A stretch of 64,000 nt of DNA, taken from positions 1,612,001 to 1,676,000 of the forward strand of contig NC_092673.1 of assembly GCF_964355755.1 (NCBI RefSeq). Direction: 5' to 3'. The notes below the pieces were generated by a model. The model searched no databases and was not told the DNA's origin. It worked only from the letters and a program-made list of their open reading frames with translations. Shown in pieces: positions 12,601-24,100 of the stretch (the first letter of the stretch is position 1; every line of letters begins with the position of its first letter). The DNA comes from Antedon mediterranea. Taxonomy: Eukaryota > Animalia > Echinodermata. A program made the position numbers and the translations under genes.

Positions 12601-15109
12601 ACACAACACATAATGCTATAAATAATAGTAGCACACATGTCTAGTCGTAGAAGCTGTTAGTGCTCATATCAACATAAAAATGTTCAATCACACTTTTACT
12701 GAACCTACTCTATACATTCCCAGTACTACTGCATTAGCCCCCTAATCTACTGTAGGTGTGTATCGTACTAGACAATGTATGCGTTGTGTGGTTGCATTTG
12801 GTGTGTAGTAAAAACAAATTGTTTTATGAAATATTTTTGGAGTTTGTGGTGCATAAATATATCCATACATCGGTATTTGTAAATTTTAATTTTTATTACT
12901 TAATAATAATTAATACTTTTATAACGAAAACAAAAAAAATATTTGTCTCCATTTCTTAAAACCGAACAAAAATAAAAAAGCTATTCCAAAATGCTTCTAA
13001 TTGTCCAACAACCTGTTTATTCATTCAACATGTATGGCGCCCTCTATAATTTTAAACTTACTCAAGCAACCGCATGCCTGCCGTGGCCCCTAGGAAAACA
13101 GGCGTTTCCTGCTGTCGCTTTTGAGGAACTAAGCGGAGTGCTGTAGAGTCCAAACATTCTTCCAATGATGGACCAGCAAGTCTCGGTGTGTCTGTATAGC
13201 TTGAGATACCACTACCTGGTGGTATACAATACAACGATAATAACACACATATTAAAATACACAAATCATTTTAAATAATTATTGCTCATATTATGAGTAT
13301 ATTATTCTAGATTCTAGTTTTTAATTTTGTATAATCTCTGTCGTCCAGATTTATTTTGGACCCTGTTGGAAACAAGTTATCATAAAACTTTATTCTGGCA
13401 AAGATTTCTGGGTTTTGTTACTGTTCGTGTCTTGCGGTTTGTAATTTGTTTATATGCCAAATTAAAGCTTGTTTTCCTGTCGACGTTATTCGACGCTATC
13501 GTTAACAATAATCGGCGATCTTCTACATAAACATTGAAATGTTAACGATTTACAGGAAAAGGTACTCGCTATCGTTATCATTTCAACTTGATCGTTTTCA
13601 AACGATCGTCATTGAACTGTTAACGATCAATGACGATAGCGTCGAATAACGTTGACAGGAAAATAGGCTTAAAGAATAAATAATTATATTAGTTATGAAA
13701 TGGTCAATTTCTTAACTTGAATAACAAAAAATGTCTGAATTAAAAAAACAAATCATTTAAAGCCATTAATCTAATTTTTCAACCTATTATCAATACCAAT
13801 TTAATTTTTTTTAAATGGTTTTCACTTGCATGAATTTGTATTGTTTTAATTATGTTCTTTACTTTCAATTGTTTTGTTGTAAACAGTTTTATATACTGAT
13901 TAAAAACACTATATAATAAGTGATCAAGTTTTCTGTTTTCAAATAAAGTTATTCTTATACTGTAATAGTGCAATAATAGAAAATCATACAATTAACCAGT
14001 AAAGCTCTGTTTACACTATCAAACTAGTTTGACAAAAAAAGTGTGATGTGTCCAAATATGTAGTGATATGCCCAAATATGGTAGTGATATGCCCAAATAT
14101 GGTAGTGATATGACATCATCATGTCCATATATAGGCCTATCACATTTTGTTTGTGACATAAAGTTTGATAGTGTAAACAGAGCTTTACTTTCACAAAACA
14201 ATGTTCCCATTTACCGTCAGCTCTGCACATTCCTCTTTCTTCTACATTTCCTGTACCATTTTCTTTTTCACCAGGCCATTGATAAACAAATAAATTAGTA
14301 TGCGAAGAACCTGCGTCAAAGACAATGCCATACTGTAAAAAAAAAGATTTCAAAGAGTTACTGGTACTGGTTTTTTTCTGATTAGAACCCTATGTATACA
14401 ATTGTATTGGTTCTTGGGCTGCTTCAGGATCAAGTCCAAATTTGATTGCTTGTGGGTCCAATACAACGATTCTGAAATTACATAATTTCTCAATCATTGT
14501 TCTGTGTTATTACATCCTTTGATTAGAGAGGAGGCTGATAAATTATGCTAGTAGATGGACACTTTTATCTGTTACCTGCATTTATTAACAAACCTTGTCA
14601 TGTTTCAAATTGTAACTCTGAATTTTCAAAGGCAATGAAATTATTGTTTTTTCATACAAAATGGCTCTTTGGATGCATTATACACAGCTTTATAAACATT
14701 GATTATATTTTAGCTCACATCACTATACAGGTTGCTAAATACTAGGACAATAATGATCGATGATAAATAGATAAACATACATTTATCTTACAATACACAA
14801 AACAAAAGAATAGAATTTGATTGGACGCGTGAAAATATTATTTTCATCAAAGGCAGCATAAATAGTTATCCTATAGTTCTAGGATGAAAACTTTTCTATT
14901 TTGTTTTGTTTTATGTAAAACACATTTTAATCTAGTCTAATTGTTATCATCCTAGTATTAATTGGCCTTACCTCTTTATACAAATTCTCTTTGTTGCCCC
15001 ATAACAACCATCCTAAAATAAGGCCAGATCCTACTACACATAACACAATACCACTAAGTAGCAATATTCGGGTACATTTTCTTCCTCTTCTAATCTCAAC
15101 TTCATCCAT
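2137..15109 (-). CDS. Ectonucleoside triphosphate diphosphohydrolase (CD39/NTPDase1-2-3-8 type, two TM anchors), 9 coding exons, ~519 aa
   Basis: Exons (minus): 14972-15109, 14215-14332, 13062-13215, 12308-12473, 10334-10582, 9433-9708, 6910-7020, 6191-6319, 2137-2355. All junctions are GT-AG with consistent phases; total 1560 nt. All five apyrase conserved regions are present: ACR1 VFDAGSSHT, ACR2 LGATAGMRLL, ACR3 ITGEEEGTYGWIT, ACR4 GALDLGGASTQ, ACR5 GWSLGYM. TM segments lie at both termini. The exact vertebrate ortholog cannot be assigned. Confidence 0.95.
2490..3020. repeat. ~32-bp minisatellite with an internal palindrome
   Basis: Unit ~AATGTGATTAGAATCACATCATAATCACATTC; each unit contains the inverted repeat ATGTGATT-AG-AATCACAT. 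Confidence 0.92.
3994..4122. mobile_element. MITE family A copy (left TIR damaged)
   Basis: Matches the family consensus ...CAAACTAGTTT...CCCAAATATGGTAGTGATAT...GTTTGATAGTGTGGACAGAGCT. Confidence 0.85.
5343..5503. mobile_element. MITE family A copy
   Basis: Both TIRs and two internal 21-bp units. Confidence 0.9.
6411..6533. mobile_element. MITE family A copy
   Basis: Both TIRs; internal sequence in the opposite orientation. Confidence 0.9.
6597..6624. repeat. (AT)n microsatellite
   Basis: Pure AT dinucleotide run. Confidence 0.9.
7355..7417. mobile_element. MITE family A, left-half fragment
   Basis: CTACACTATCAAACTAGTTTGACAAAAAAAATGTGCGATGTGCCCAAATATGGTA, then unrelated sequence. Confidence 0.75.
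8626..8759. mobile_element. MITE family A copy
   Basis: Both TIRs (left variant AGCCTTGTCTACAC); TTA on both flanks. Confidence 0.9.
9988..10302. repeat. 13-bp minisatellite with alternating variants
   Basis: CCATGCAATAGAA and CCATTAAATAGAA units, largely alternating as a 26-bp dimer. Confidence 0.93.
10667..10943. repeat. ~66-bp tandem repeat, 4 copies
   Basis: TCTGATCCCATACTAAGAGTAGACCTCCCGCTTCCTCACTCTACCCTT recurs at about 10674, 10741, 10808 and 10874. Confidence 0.93.
12143..12279. mobile_element. MITE family A copy
   Basis: Both TIRs; 28 nt from an NTPDase splice donor. Confidence 0.9.
13466..13669. mobile_element. PIF/Harbinger-like MITE (204 bp)
   Basis: TIR of about 35 bp (AGCTTGTTTTCCTGTCGACGTTATTCGACGCTATCGT / ACGATAGCGTCGAATAACGTTGACAGGAAAATAGGCT) and a direct TAA TSD. 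Confidence 0.85.
14003..14184. mobile_element. MITE family A copy
   Basis: Both TIRs carry the same symmetric variant (GTTTACAC/GTGTAAAC); three internal units. Confidence 0.9.
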
Positions 15110-15555
15110 ATTTGACCAGTTTAAATCTAAGAATCTGCGAGTCTTCTGTTGTTCTAAATGTTTTTTTGTTACATGGTTTCTCAGCGTTCTACCAATTTCT
15201 TCAAGAATAATGGTATTGGTGATCTGTTAAAAATATAATATAAAACAATTACTGTTAGGGTCAAGTTAATCTACACCCTATAGCGCCGGTACAGCTTTCA
15301 TTAATAATATAAAGCCCTTTGCCCAGCAGTGGGACAATGTGTGCTGAAGACAGAAAGAGAATACGCAAACATTGTGTTAATTGTTCTTTTTATGGAATTT
15401 TTAAAGAAAAAAATGTAGGCATTACATCACAATCGGAATTAACTTGTTTCTGGTAGAAAAACAAATTATAAATTCTGTTTACCATATTGGCATGTTAATT
15501 TAATGATGTACTCATCATAGCAGCTAATACTAAATAGCCTAAACTAAACTATTTA

Positions 15556-16441
15556 TAGTGTTATGCGCGATTTGAACGATTTGCGCAATTTGAAATTGCG
15601 CAAAAAAAATCCTTGCGCAATTTGAATTGAAACATGTGTTTCAAATTGCGCAAGCAACGTATTAAATTGCGCAAGTAATCTGCAAATTGCGCAAGGTTTT
15701 TCGACAGATTGTGAAATCATGCACACCCATATTTTTATAGTAATTTCTAAGAATGATTCAAAATTAAAGATAAATATCGCATTTCCTTATTTTAGTAGTG
15801 CAAATATTGTTATAAGTTAGCATACCGTCGAAGAACCGACGAAGGAAAACGAAGCGGTGGTGTTCCACCAGGCGGGCGTGGCGCGGGCGGCCGGCTATAC
15901 TACTCTAGCCTAGCTAGGGTCTGGACTACTGATACTGACTAGGTTACATGGCCTAGCTTAAACTAATATTAAAAACTTAATTTTTACATTTATTTTGATT
16001 TATTTCAAGTTACAGTGATAATATTATTTAATTGTAATAATAAATGTTATGTATTTATTATACACATGTTATCTTCGCATTTATTATGTTTTATTTTGAG
16101 TTATTTAGTTTCCAATAAATTATTATAATACCGATTGTCTGGTAGAATTTTGTTGCGCAATTTGAAAATTTACAGTTCGTTTTCAAATTGCGCAAAGGTG
16201 TCATTTTGCGCAAGAACTATCTTGCGCAATTTACAAATTGTGCAGCGCAATTTAAAATTGCGCAAAGATTTTCTTGCGCAATTTGAAATTGCGCAAGTTG
16301 ATTGCGCAATTTGAAATTGCGCAAAAAAATCCTTGCGCAATTTTAAATTGCGCAAGAATTCTTTGCGCAATTTCAAATTGCGCAAGGATTTTTTTGCGCA
16401 ATTTCAAATTGCGCAAATCGTTCAAATCGCGCATAACAATA
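15556..16441. mobile_element. Foldback-type non-autonomous DNA transposon with TTGCGCAA subterminal arrays
   Basis: Near-perfect TIR of about 65-70 bp starting TAGTGTTATGCGCGATTTGAACGATTTGCGC, and about 20 TTGCGCAA palindromes. No TSD detected. Confidence 0.82.
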
Positions 16442-16829
16442 GTAATACTATTACTAGGGCCTAGCCTAGGCTAGGTAGTCCTCTCGTCATAAAAAATAGT
16501 ATCGGGCACAATTATAGAAAACAATTTTATTATCCAATAATATTTTCCAGCTCTAGAGACTGGCCCATTGTTGGGGGGTATTTAGGGACAATTTTCCTAG
16601 GCCGCGCTGAGCGTGAACAGTTTGTAACTACACCGGCCACAAACGTTGGTTGGCTGGCTGCTGGCTGGACGAGGTGCCTGGATGATACAGCTAGCTGCCT
16701 AACTAATGGACAAGACAAATAATGTTAACTAGATACGCTTTTATTACGGGTATTTAAAAATAATTGTTGAAACAGACAAATTAGGAACTTATTATAAGGA
16801 TGAGCTATAATAAACAGACTGTCACTTAC

Positions 16830-16900
16830 CCAATGTTCGAAAATAAAGCAATTATTTGTGCCGGTTTTGAGTTCTAAAAAATCATCGGTGATTTCCAGTT
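16830..16900 (-). other. Probable non-coding first exon of the NTPDase gene
   Basis: Strong minus-strand donor (GG|GTAAGTG, exon end 16830) and an acceptor at 15224-15225 upstream of the ATG at 15109. Promoter-like motifs lie just upstream. The 5' boundary is a guess. Confidence 0.5.
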
Positions 16901-18100
16901 TCTCGTCTCCTCCACGTGACGCATTGGGTTGACCTCCGGAACGTAAACACGTACAGCCAGTCCTGTGTGACCTAATTGAAGTGTGATGACGTCATGATAT
17001 TGTTTGAAGTTTGCCTCATTTTTCAATTTTGTTCCCCTCGTTTCTAATAAATGATGCATTCAGAAAGAAATTTAATTTTAAAATGTATATGATTAAATTT
17101 CATAATTAATTAGTATACAAAATAGAACAATTCATAGAGTTTACTCCGCAATTTCCATATTCACAATATTTATAGTCTAAAAATATTGTAATAATATTTT
17201 AATATTTATATATAAAAACACAGCAGGCAAAGAATATTAGGCATATAATGAAAATACTAAAATATAATAATATATAATAACAGTAGTATAATATAAAGTA
17301 GAATAATAATTTTTTTTAAACCTGAATGTGCCTATACTATCAATTATTATTCGTGTAACATTAATAAATTATTAAAAAATAATAATAACAAAACAAATCT
17401 GTTTTACCATGACATCGATAATTTGCATAATGTTGGCTTACTAATTTAAACATTTAATTAATTTTATCTAAAGAAAACTAATTCAAAATCAATTATACGG
17501 CCTGTCGCACAGTGCACCATGGATTTAATATTAAATTGATAAAATTGATTTATGATTAATAATAATATCAATAATTAATTAAACATGCCATGACATATCA
17601 TCATCATCATTATCTGTTGTCCGAAGATACAATAAACAATTTACTTTAATTCATATATTGTTATAGAATATACTGTGTTATTGCGTTTAGTTATGGCTGT
17701 CGCGTTATTACTCTAGAGATAGAGTACTTTTTTTTATATGAGCAGACAAATGAGCCCACTTTCCCGGAAGTGAAAACTCCAGTGGTATTTTATTATTCTA
17801 ATTTAGTCCAATCATTTGTTTTAAATTACGAAAGAGCTCATCGATGCAAGCACTATCAAACATTTGAAATTAAACAATGATAATATCAAAATCGGAAGAT
17901 TAGTCTCGTCCGGTGGCTTTGGTTTCGATAGAAGAGCCTATTTATACATGCAAATGATTTTGAACAAGTAGTGAGCGGCCAAATAAATTATTCAAATTAG
18001 ACCAAAGTAATTGTGACGTCACGATAGGAACAACAAGTGTGTATGTACGAATGTGTCTCTGCCGAGCAGCTCCGCGGTCGCTCGCTAATATTAACCGAAA
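16900..18100. promoter_or_regulatory. Divergent promoter region between the NTPDase and ARID5 genes
   Basis: E-box CACGTGAC 16913-16920, CRE palindromes TGACGTCA 16987-16994 and 18014-18021, ETS/GABP CCGGAAGTG 17764-17772. Local CpG enrichment next to both 5' ends. Confidence 0.55.
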
Positions 18101-18106
18101 TTCGAA

Positions 18107-21100
18107 ATGGACAAATATAATGTAGAAGTAAGTACAGTATTTCATTTTTTAGTAGTTAAATCTTGAATATATATAGTACAATAGTGTGATATTAGTTTGA
18201 TTTTAGGAGGTTTTCTTTAGGTGAATTTCAATGATATTATTGATGATGTCCGCGTTCGTCATCGCATAATACCAGCCCAACTGTTGTAATCAAACTTTGC
18301 TATCCAAAGTTGACCTTGTTTTATATGAGCAACAAATTCGAAATGTCCTTGGCAAACTTTATAAATTACTCATTATTTAGTAACTAATTCTGAATTTTAA
18401 ATAATTTAATTAATTTTAATTAATTCTACAGTTTATTGGTTCATCTTGCGGCGAGCACGGTCCATACACATTTTATAAAAGCTTTAAATATTGTAAAGAT
18501 GGCATCTGGAAGGTGTTGAATTTAGGCGAATTCTTTTACGTACGAACGTCCCGCACTGCCCCAATTTGCATCGCAGAGCTTCAGTTATTATGGAATGACA
18601 AGGGAAATGGAAACCAGTTATTGTCAAGTTGTCGACTTTATTATCTCCCAGAGCATATTCCAAATGGAAGGACTCAATTCCATGGACAGGTACAAATATT
18701 TGTAATAAATTATGAAAATACTTTTTTTTTATATATACCACCAGCCAAGTTTCTTCTAAAAACTCCCAACAATTTTTTAAAACTCCCAACAATTTTTTAA
18801 TATGTTTTGTTAAATACAATCAAATATTAATTTAGAAAGCCTCCTTTTTAAATTTGAATGATTATTTTTTTTAAATTTAATAGATGACCTTTGACATTAT
18901 ACCAATTAATGTTTAAATAAACGTCTTTTGAAAGGAGTTAATTTACGATTTATACAGTGTAAATCCTTATAGAGCAATTTCCTGTTGTTTCATACTAGAT
19001 CGACTCAATTTGATGTTTAACAAAGTTCACTTCAATTATATATTCCAATAATTATAAATTGTTTTATTTTCACAGATAAGTTTAAAATTATTTTGTTCTT
19101 CTAAATAAATAATAATTTCTAATTATAAATTCCAATTTTTAAATAATTATATGAAGGAAAATGTATTTGAAGGAATATTTTTATGAGACATTTTTGCTGG
19201 TATAAACTGTAATGATTATTTATATCAATAAGCCCTTACTCATTATTTGTGTTTTTCTTTTAAATTAATCTTGCTTAAATGTGGAATTAGCCATTTCAAT
19301 TGAATTAATTAAATATATGGCATTATTTGACAGCTTATTCTGATATTATAATTAAAAACACCAGTTTTATCAAGTAAACTAAATTTATATTATTATTATG
19401 TATTCTAAATTTTGAAATTTTAATATATGGTAAGTATTTAAACTATTTTATTAGTAAAGTTTAATAATAACTTTTGTTGGTTCGTTTCGACTGTTTAACT
19501 AAAATTTGAGGGATATTAATTGTTGCTGATTGTTAGCACGGTGCGTCATGGTTGTTGAACACTTTGTTAAGACACAGCTTCTACACAATGAACATATACA
19601 ATAGTTTTTTATACTCTCTATTATCATGTTATAACAAATAGGCTTACCTTTCAACAAACATTCCAATATCACTAAGCTACCATACTTCATAATTATCTCT
19701 GTTGAATATTAATAAGGAAATCATAATTATATTAATTAGTTATATTATTTAAATTTTTTTTTAATTGTTGTTTATTTACAACTATATAATATATGAAAAT
19801 AAGATACTTATAAATGATAATTATTATTATGATTCTATTCAAACTTACAGTATATGAAATATTACTTTTATGAAAAAAAAAAAGAGTTTTATACTGGTAT
19901 GGTATTCCAGTAAGAGTTCAATCCTTTCCACATGTTTTTGCTACAGTTATGGTATTGATTGAATCAAGTTTTATTTGAAAAAAAGTGCTAACATGTATTG
20001 AAGATTTATTTATGTTTAATAATAATATAATAATTGATATAATTTTATGTAGAATAAACACAAAAATTACTATTATAAGTATAATTATGAATTAAAATAT
20101 GTTTTAAAATAATTATTTGGAATATTTTTTTAAAAAAACTCCCAATACTGTAAATAAACAACTAAATTAAAATAAAAAACAGTTTAAATATTGTTGATAT
20201 TTTATAATTAATTCAGTTTTAAAACTGGCATTAAATATCTACACCACCATTAGAAAAAACCACAACGTTATTACATTTATTTTATTGAGGTTTCCTTGTT
20301 TAACCTTCGACCCTAAGCATTCTAACGTCATGTTAAAAAAAAACTCTACGCGAAAAATAATTTAATAATAAAAATAAAAGAAACTAAAATAGTTTCTTGA
20401 TTTTTAATTCAAGTATGTGTTTATAATTCATTACCAATACTTTATTATAATTAGTTACTTTAGTGATTTACTTAAATATTGTAAGTGAACTTTCCTGCTG
20501 TGCTTAAGTCAGTTCTACTTGGCAGGGGTGTAGGCTTTCACCTACAGAAACACTTTGCCAGATGTAAATTGGTATACAGTGTATACAACAAAACTTTGAA
20601 ATGGAATATGCTTGTGATTAAAGGTCTTTTGAATTTACTCAACTGAAGATGTATAAGGCCACACCAAATAAATGTCATGTTTCTCGTCCTAAAAAATTGT
20701 GTTTTAATTATAAATTTAAAAACTTTGGCAAACATTGATTTATTTTAATGTTTTTCTTTTGTTCAAAATAATTATATTGATTATTAGTTTTTAAAAATTT
20801 TGTTTTGCCTTCAGTTCATTCTCAGTAATGATATTTCCAACTATTGATTAATTTTAATTACTTAGATACCACTATAGATTCAAATATTGTGTTTTGTCTC
20901 TAAAACCTACTGAAAATTACATTTAAAATATGGCAATACATGTCTTGTATTTTGTAATAAATATTATTTATTACTTTATTGTTCTCAGCTGTTTTTTCTC
21001 CCGTTCACCAAAACCTTTTTGCTCTTTTGATTGTAAATTAATTAATTAAACTCTTAATGTGTAAATGATTAAGACAGTCCCAACAAAACTAAGTTGAATT

Positions 21101-24100
21101 TCCTTCATTTTATTATTACAAAATTACCTCGCTTTCATTTCTTGTACAAACAAACATAAATTATTATAGAATTATTCAGACTTTATTCTTGTTCAATTTA
21201 TTATAATATAAAATACAGTAGTGAGCATACATCATCAGCATTATTAAATATAATATGGTATGGGTGTTGTATTTCATTGTAATATATTTATTTTATTTAT
21301 TTTCTAAAAATATAAAACAAAGTTAAAAACTGTACTTTTTTAAACATTAGAAAAGCTAAAGTTTATTTTTTAATGACCAAAATCAAGATAGACTTTGAAC
21401 GGGTTGTATGATGATAAGGTATATTAATCACAGCTCAACAAATGTACTGTATAGTACAGTAATGGAAAACCTTGAAACAGGTTTTATTTTTTAACAAATA
21501 AAACAAATCTACAATACTACCAACTACCCACATAGTAACCTACAGATCCATCAACACAATAGTAATATTGTTAATAATAAAAAATGAGCTATTCAAATTT
21601 ATTGTTTAAAACAAGATATAGAAGTTAATACATTACAAAGTGAATGGAACAGTTGAACCAGCAATAAGTTGTTACGACTGTGATAATAGATATTTTTTTG
21701 TAACCAACAATTGTTAAGTACGTTTCTCCGATAAACCCTGTTCTTTATTGAAGAATTATACTGATAATTTATCCATGGTTAAATATACACATATATATAC
21801 ATGTGTATATGGTAATAAATATGTTATACAGTATTTTACAACAGTAATTGAAATTAAAATCTTTCATCACTATTAGACATTATAAAATTAATAAAATTTA
21901 GTAAAATAATCAAACATTTAAACAAAATTTATTTTTCACACATAACTTAATTTATTTACATCAAAGTAGAGTAAGTCCATGTTATTTTAAAATTATTTCG
22001 TCCAGTGTACAGTAACAAGTAAATTGTTAAATTGTTAAAATAAAATAATCAATTCATATGAATAAGATTCTAAAATAATTTTTTTTTTACAGTACCATAT
22101 AAGATACAATACATTCAATTTAAATAGAAAGAGATCTTCGTATCGTCATCAATAATATTTCAGAAATAGACCATACAAATTTAAAATTCATTTTTCAAGA
22201 TTGTTAGAATGATAAATAGTGAAACAGCATGAACCTTGGACGGCGTATTAATAAACAGTTTAGCTAGTTAAAAGCCAGATTGGTTCTGATTAAAAGATAC
22301 CAATAGAGAGATTGTTATTAAAGCCTGGCGTGCATTCCATTGTATTTTGTTTATGGCTGCGGATAACGACACTTCCACACTTCCTTCACTTCCACTCATT
22401 ACAGCTTGAGGAAAGTTGATTTTACCGTGAAAGAGTCGGATTAAATTACAAAAAGTAACTTGTTTGAAGAATAAATTTGAAGATAATTTGGAATATACTT
22501 ACATTTTTTTAAGAACAAAAACAAAATTAATATGAAAAGTAAAATAGCTATTATTTAACAAAGAAAAAAAAATTATTTTACTAAAATTATTTTACTGAAA
22601 ATGAACAAATAAAATTTGATAAGATAAAATCATAATGCCTCACTTTTTTAGTTTGTTTTATATTATGGTACTGTATATCAAACATATTTAGTGAACCCTC
22701 TGGTAAAAAATTGAACAAAAATTAATACAAACACGTCTACCATGGTATGGTACTGTAGTACGTTATCTTTTTGCTTTAGCCTTGATAATAATAGCCTCTA
22801 ATTTTTGTTGAAGGATTATAAATTTAATATATAAATTAATATAAAAGTAACATTATTTATATTGGTAATATCTATACATTAACATTTATATTGGTAATAT
22901 CTATACATTAAAATTGAATATTATTTAGCTGATTAATTAAAATTTTGTAATTTTAATATATATTCAAATAAGATTTTTTAATTTGATATAGTTTGACAAA
23001 TTAATTGTTAAATAATAAATTAAAGCATTCTATTTATAGCGCATTACACGTATGTAAATTCTCTTGTATCTGTGTTCACTGCACAATGCAACAATGCTAG
23101 ATATGGTTAGTGATTTTGTACAAAAAAGTAGGTTAATAATTGAAAGAATATTCTATTGGAGGTTATTAGCATGTATTATTAAACAAATTCACAAGTATTT
23201 CTAAGGTAAATTTAGTATCATATTTAAATTTTAATTACTTGTGAGGTTGCTAAATGTCTTAAAAACTTATTTTTTCTTAGTAACACAAAAAAACTGTTGA
23301 ATTCTATAAAAAGCCATGTTGTTTGAACTACAATATTAAGAAAACAATATTTTAATATTTTCAACTTTATTGTTAGTTATTAATAATAATAATACCATTC
23401 AACCAATGCTGCATGTATTAATGTAAATTGTAAGTGATTTCATTCATTAGTAATGTTAAATCAGTACGGTGTATTTTTAGTTTAAAAACAAATGGAATAT
23501 TTCAGATGAATTTAAAGATGACTTGCTTGAATTAGTAGTAATTATTCAGAAATGAACCACTTCCTAAAAAAAATATTTGTGTACATACAACTGGGAGCTG
23601 GCTGTTGTGGTGGTTAACATGCTTGCCTTCCAATCCCAAGGTCCAGGGTTCAATCCAGACCTACTGTAGTGCTACGAATGTAACTAGAGCCTCTTTCTTA
23701 CTCCACTCCCCTAGCCTCAAATGAGACTTACTATAGTTTATACGATCACCGTATAGCTAATTAATCCTGTAATGGCAAGTTAGTTAGTAAAATTAAAAAA
23801 AATAATTTGTAAATTATTAGCATTTATCATGAAATTTACATAATACATGATTGTTATTTTACTGTAAACAACACAATGTACCAATCAATTTACAATAAAT
23901 AATGTACATAATACATTTTAAAATTAAATTGAATTCTTAGTTTTCGCTTCCACAAACAAAACAAAAAACAATCATTGCATTTATTCTGTAAACTTTCTGA
24001 CACATTAACCAATTTGACACATTGTTTAGTATAAAATAACTATTAATTATTTATTATAAGAAAAAGAAAATTAAACCTTTCATTAATGATTATTATTAAT

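Noticed and set aside
16170-16474. ORFs with repeated LRNLKLRK / AQFEIAQ peptides
   Set aside because: These are translations of the TTGCGCAA palindrome array on both strands, not a gene.
23595-23670. Possible tRNA gene
   Set aside because: A and B boxes are present, but there is no proper cloverleaf or acceptor stem and a SINE-like body follows. Lone B-box-like strings at ~30732 and ~33247 were also not called.
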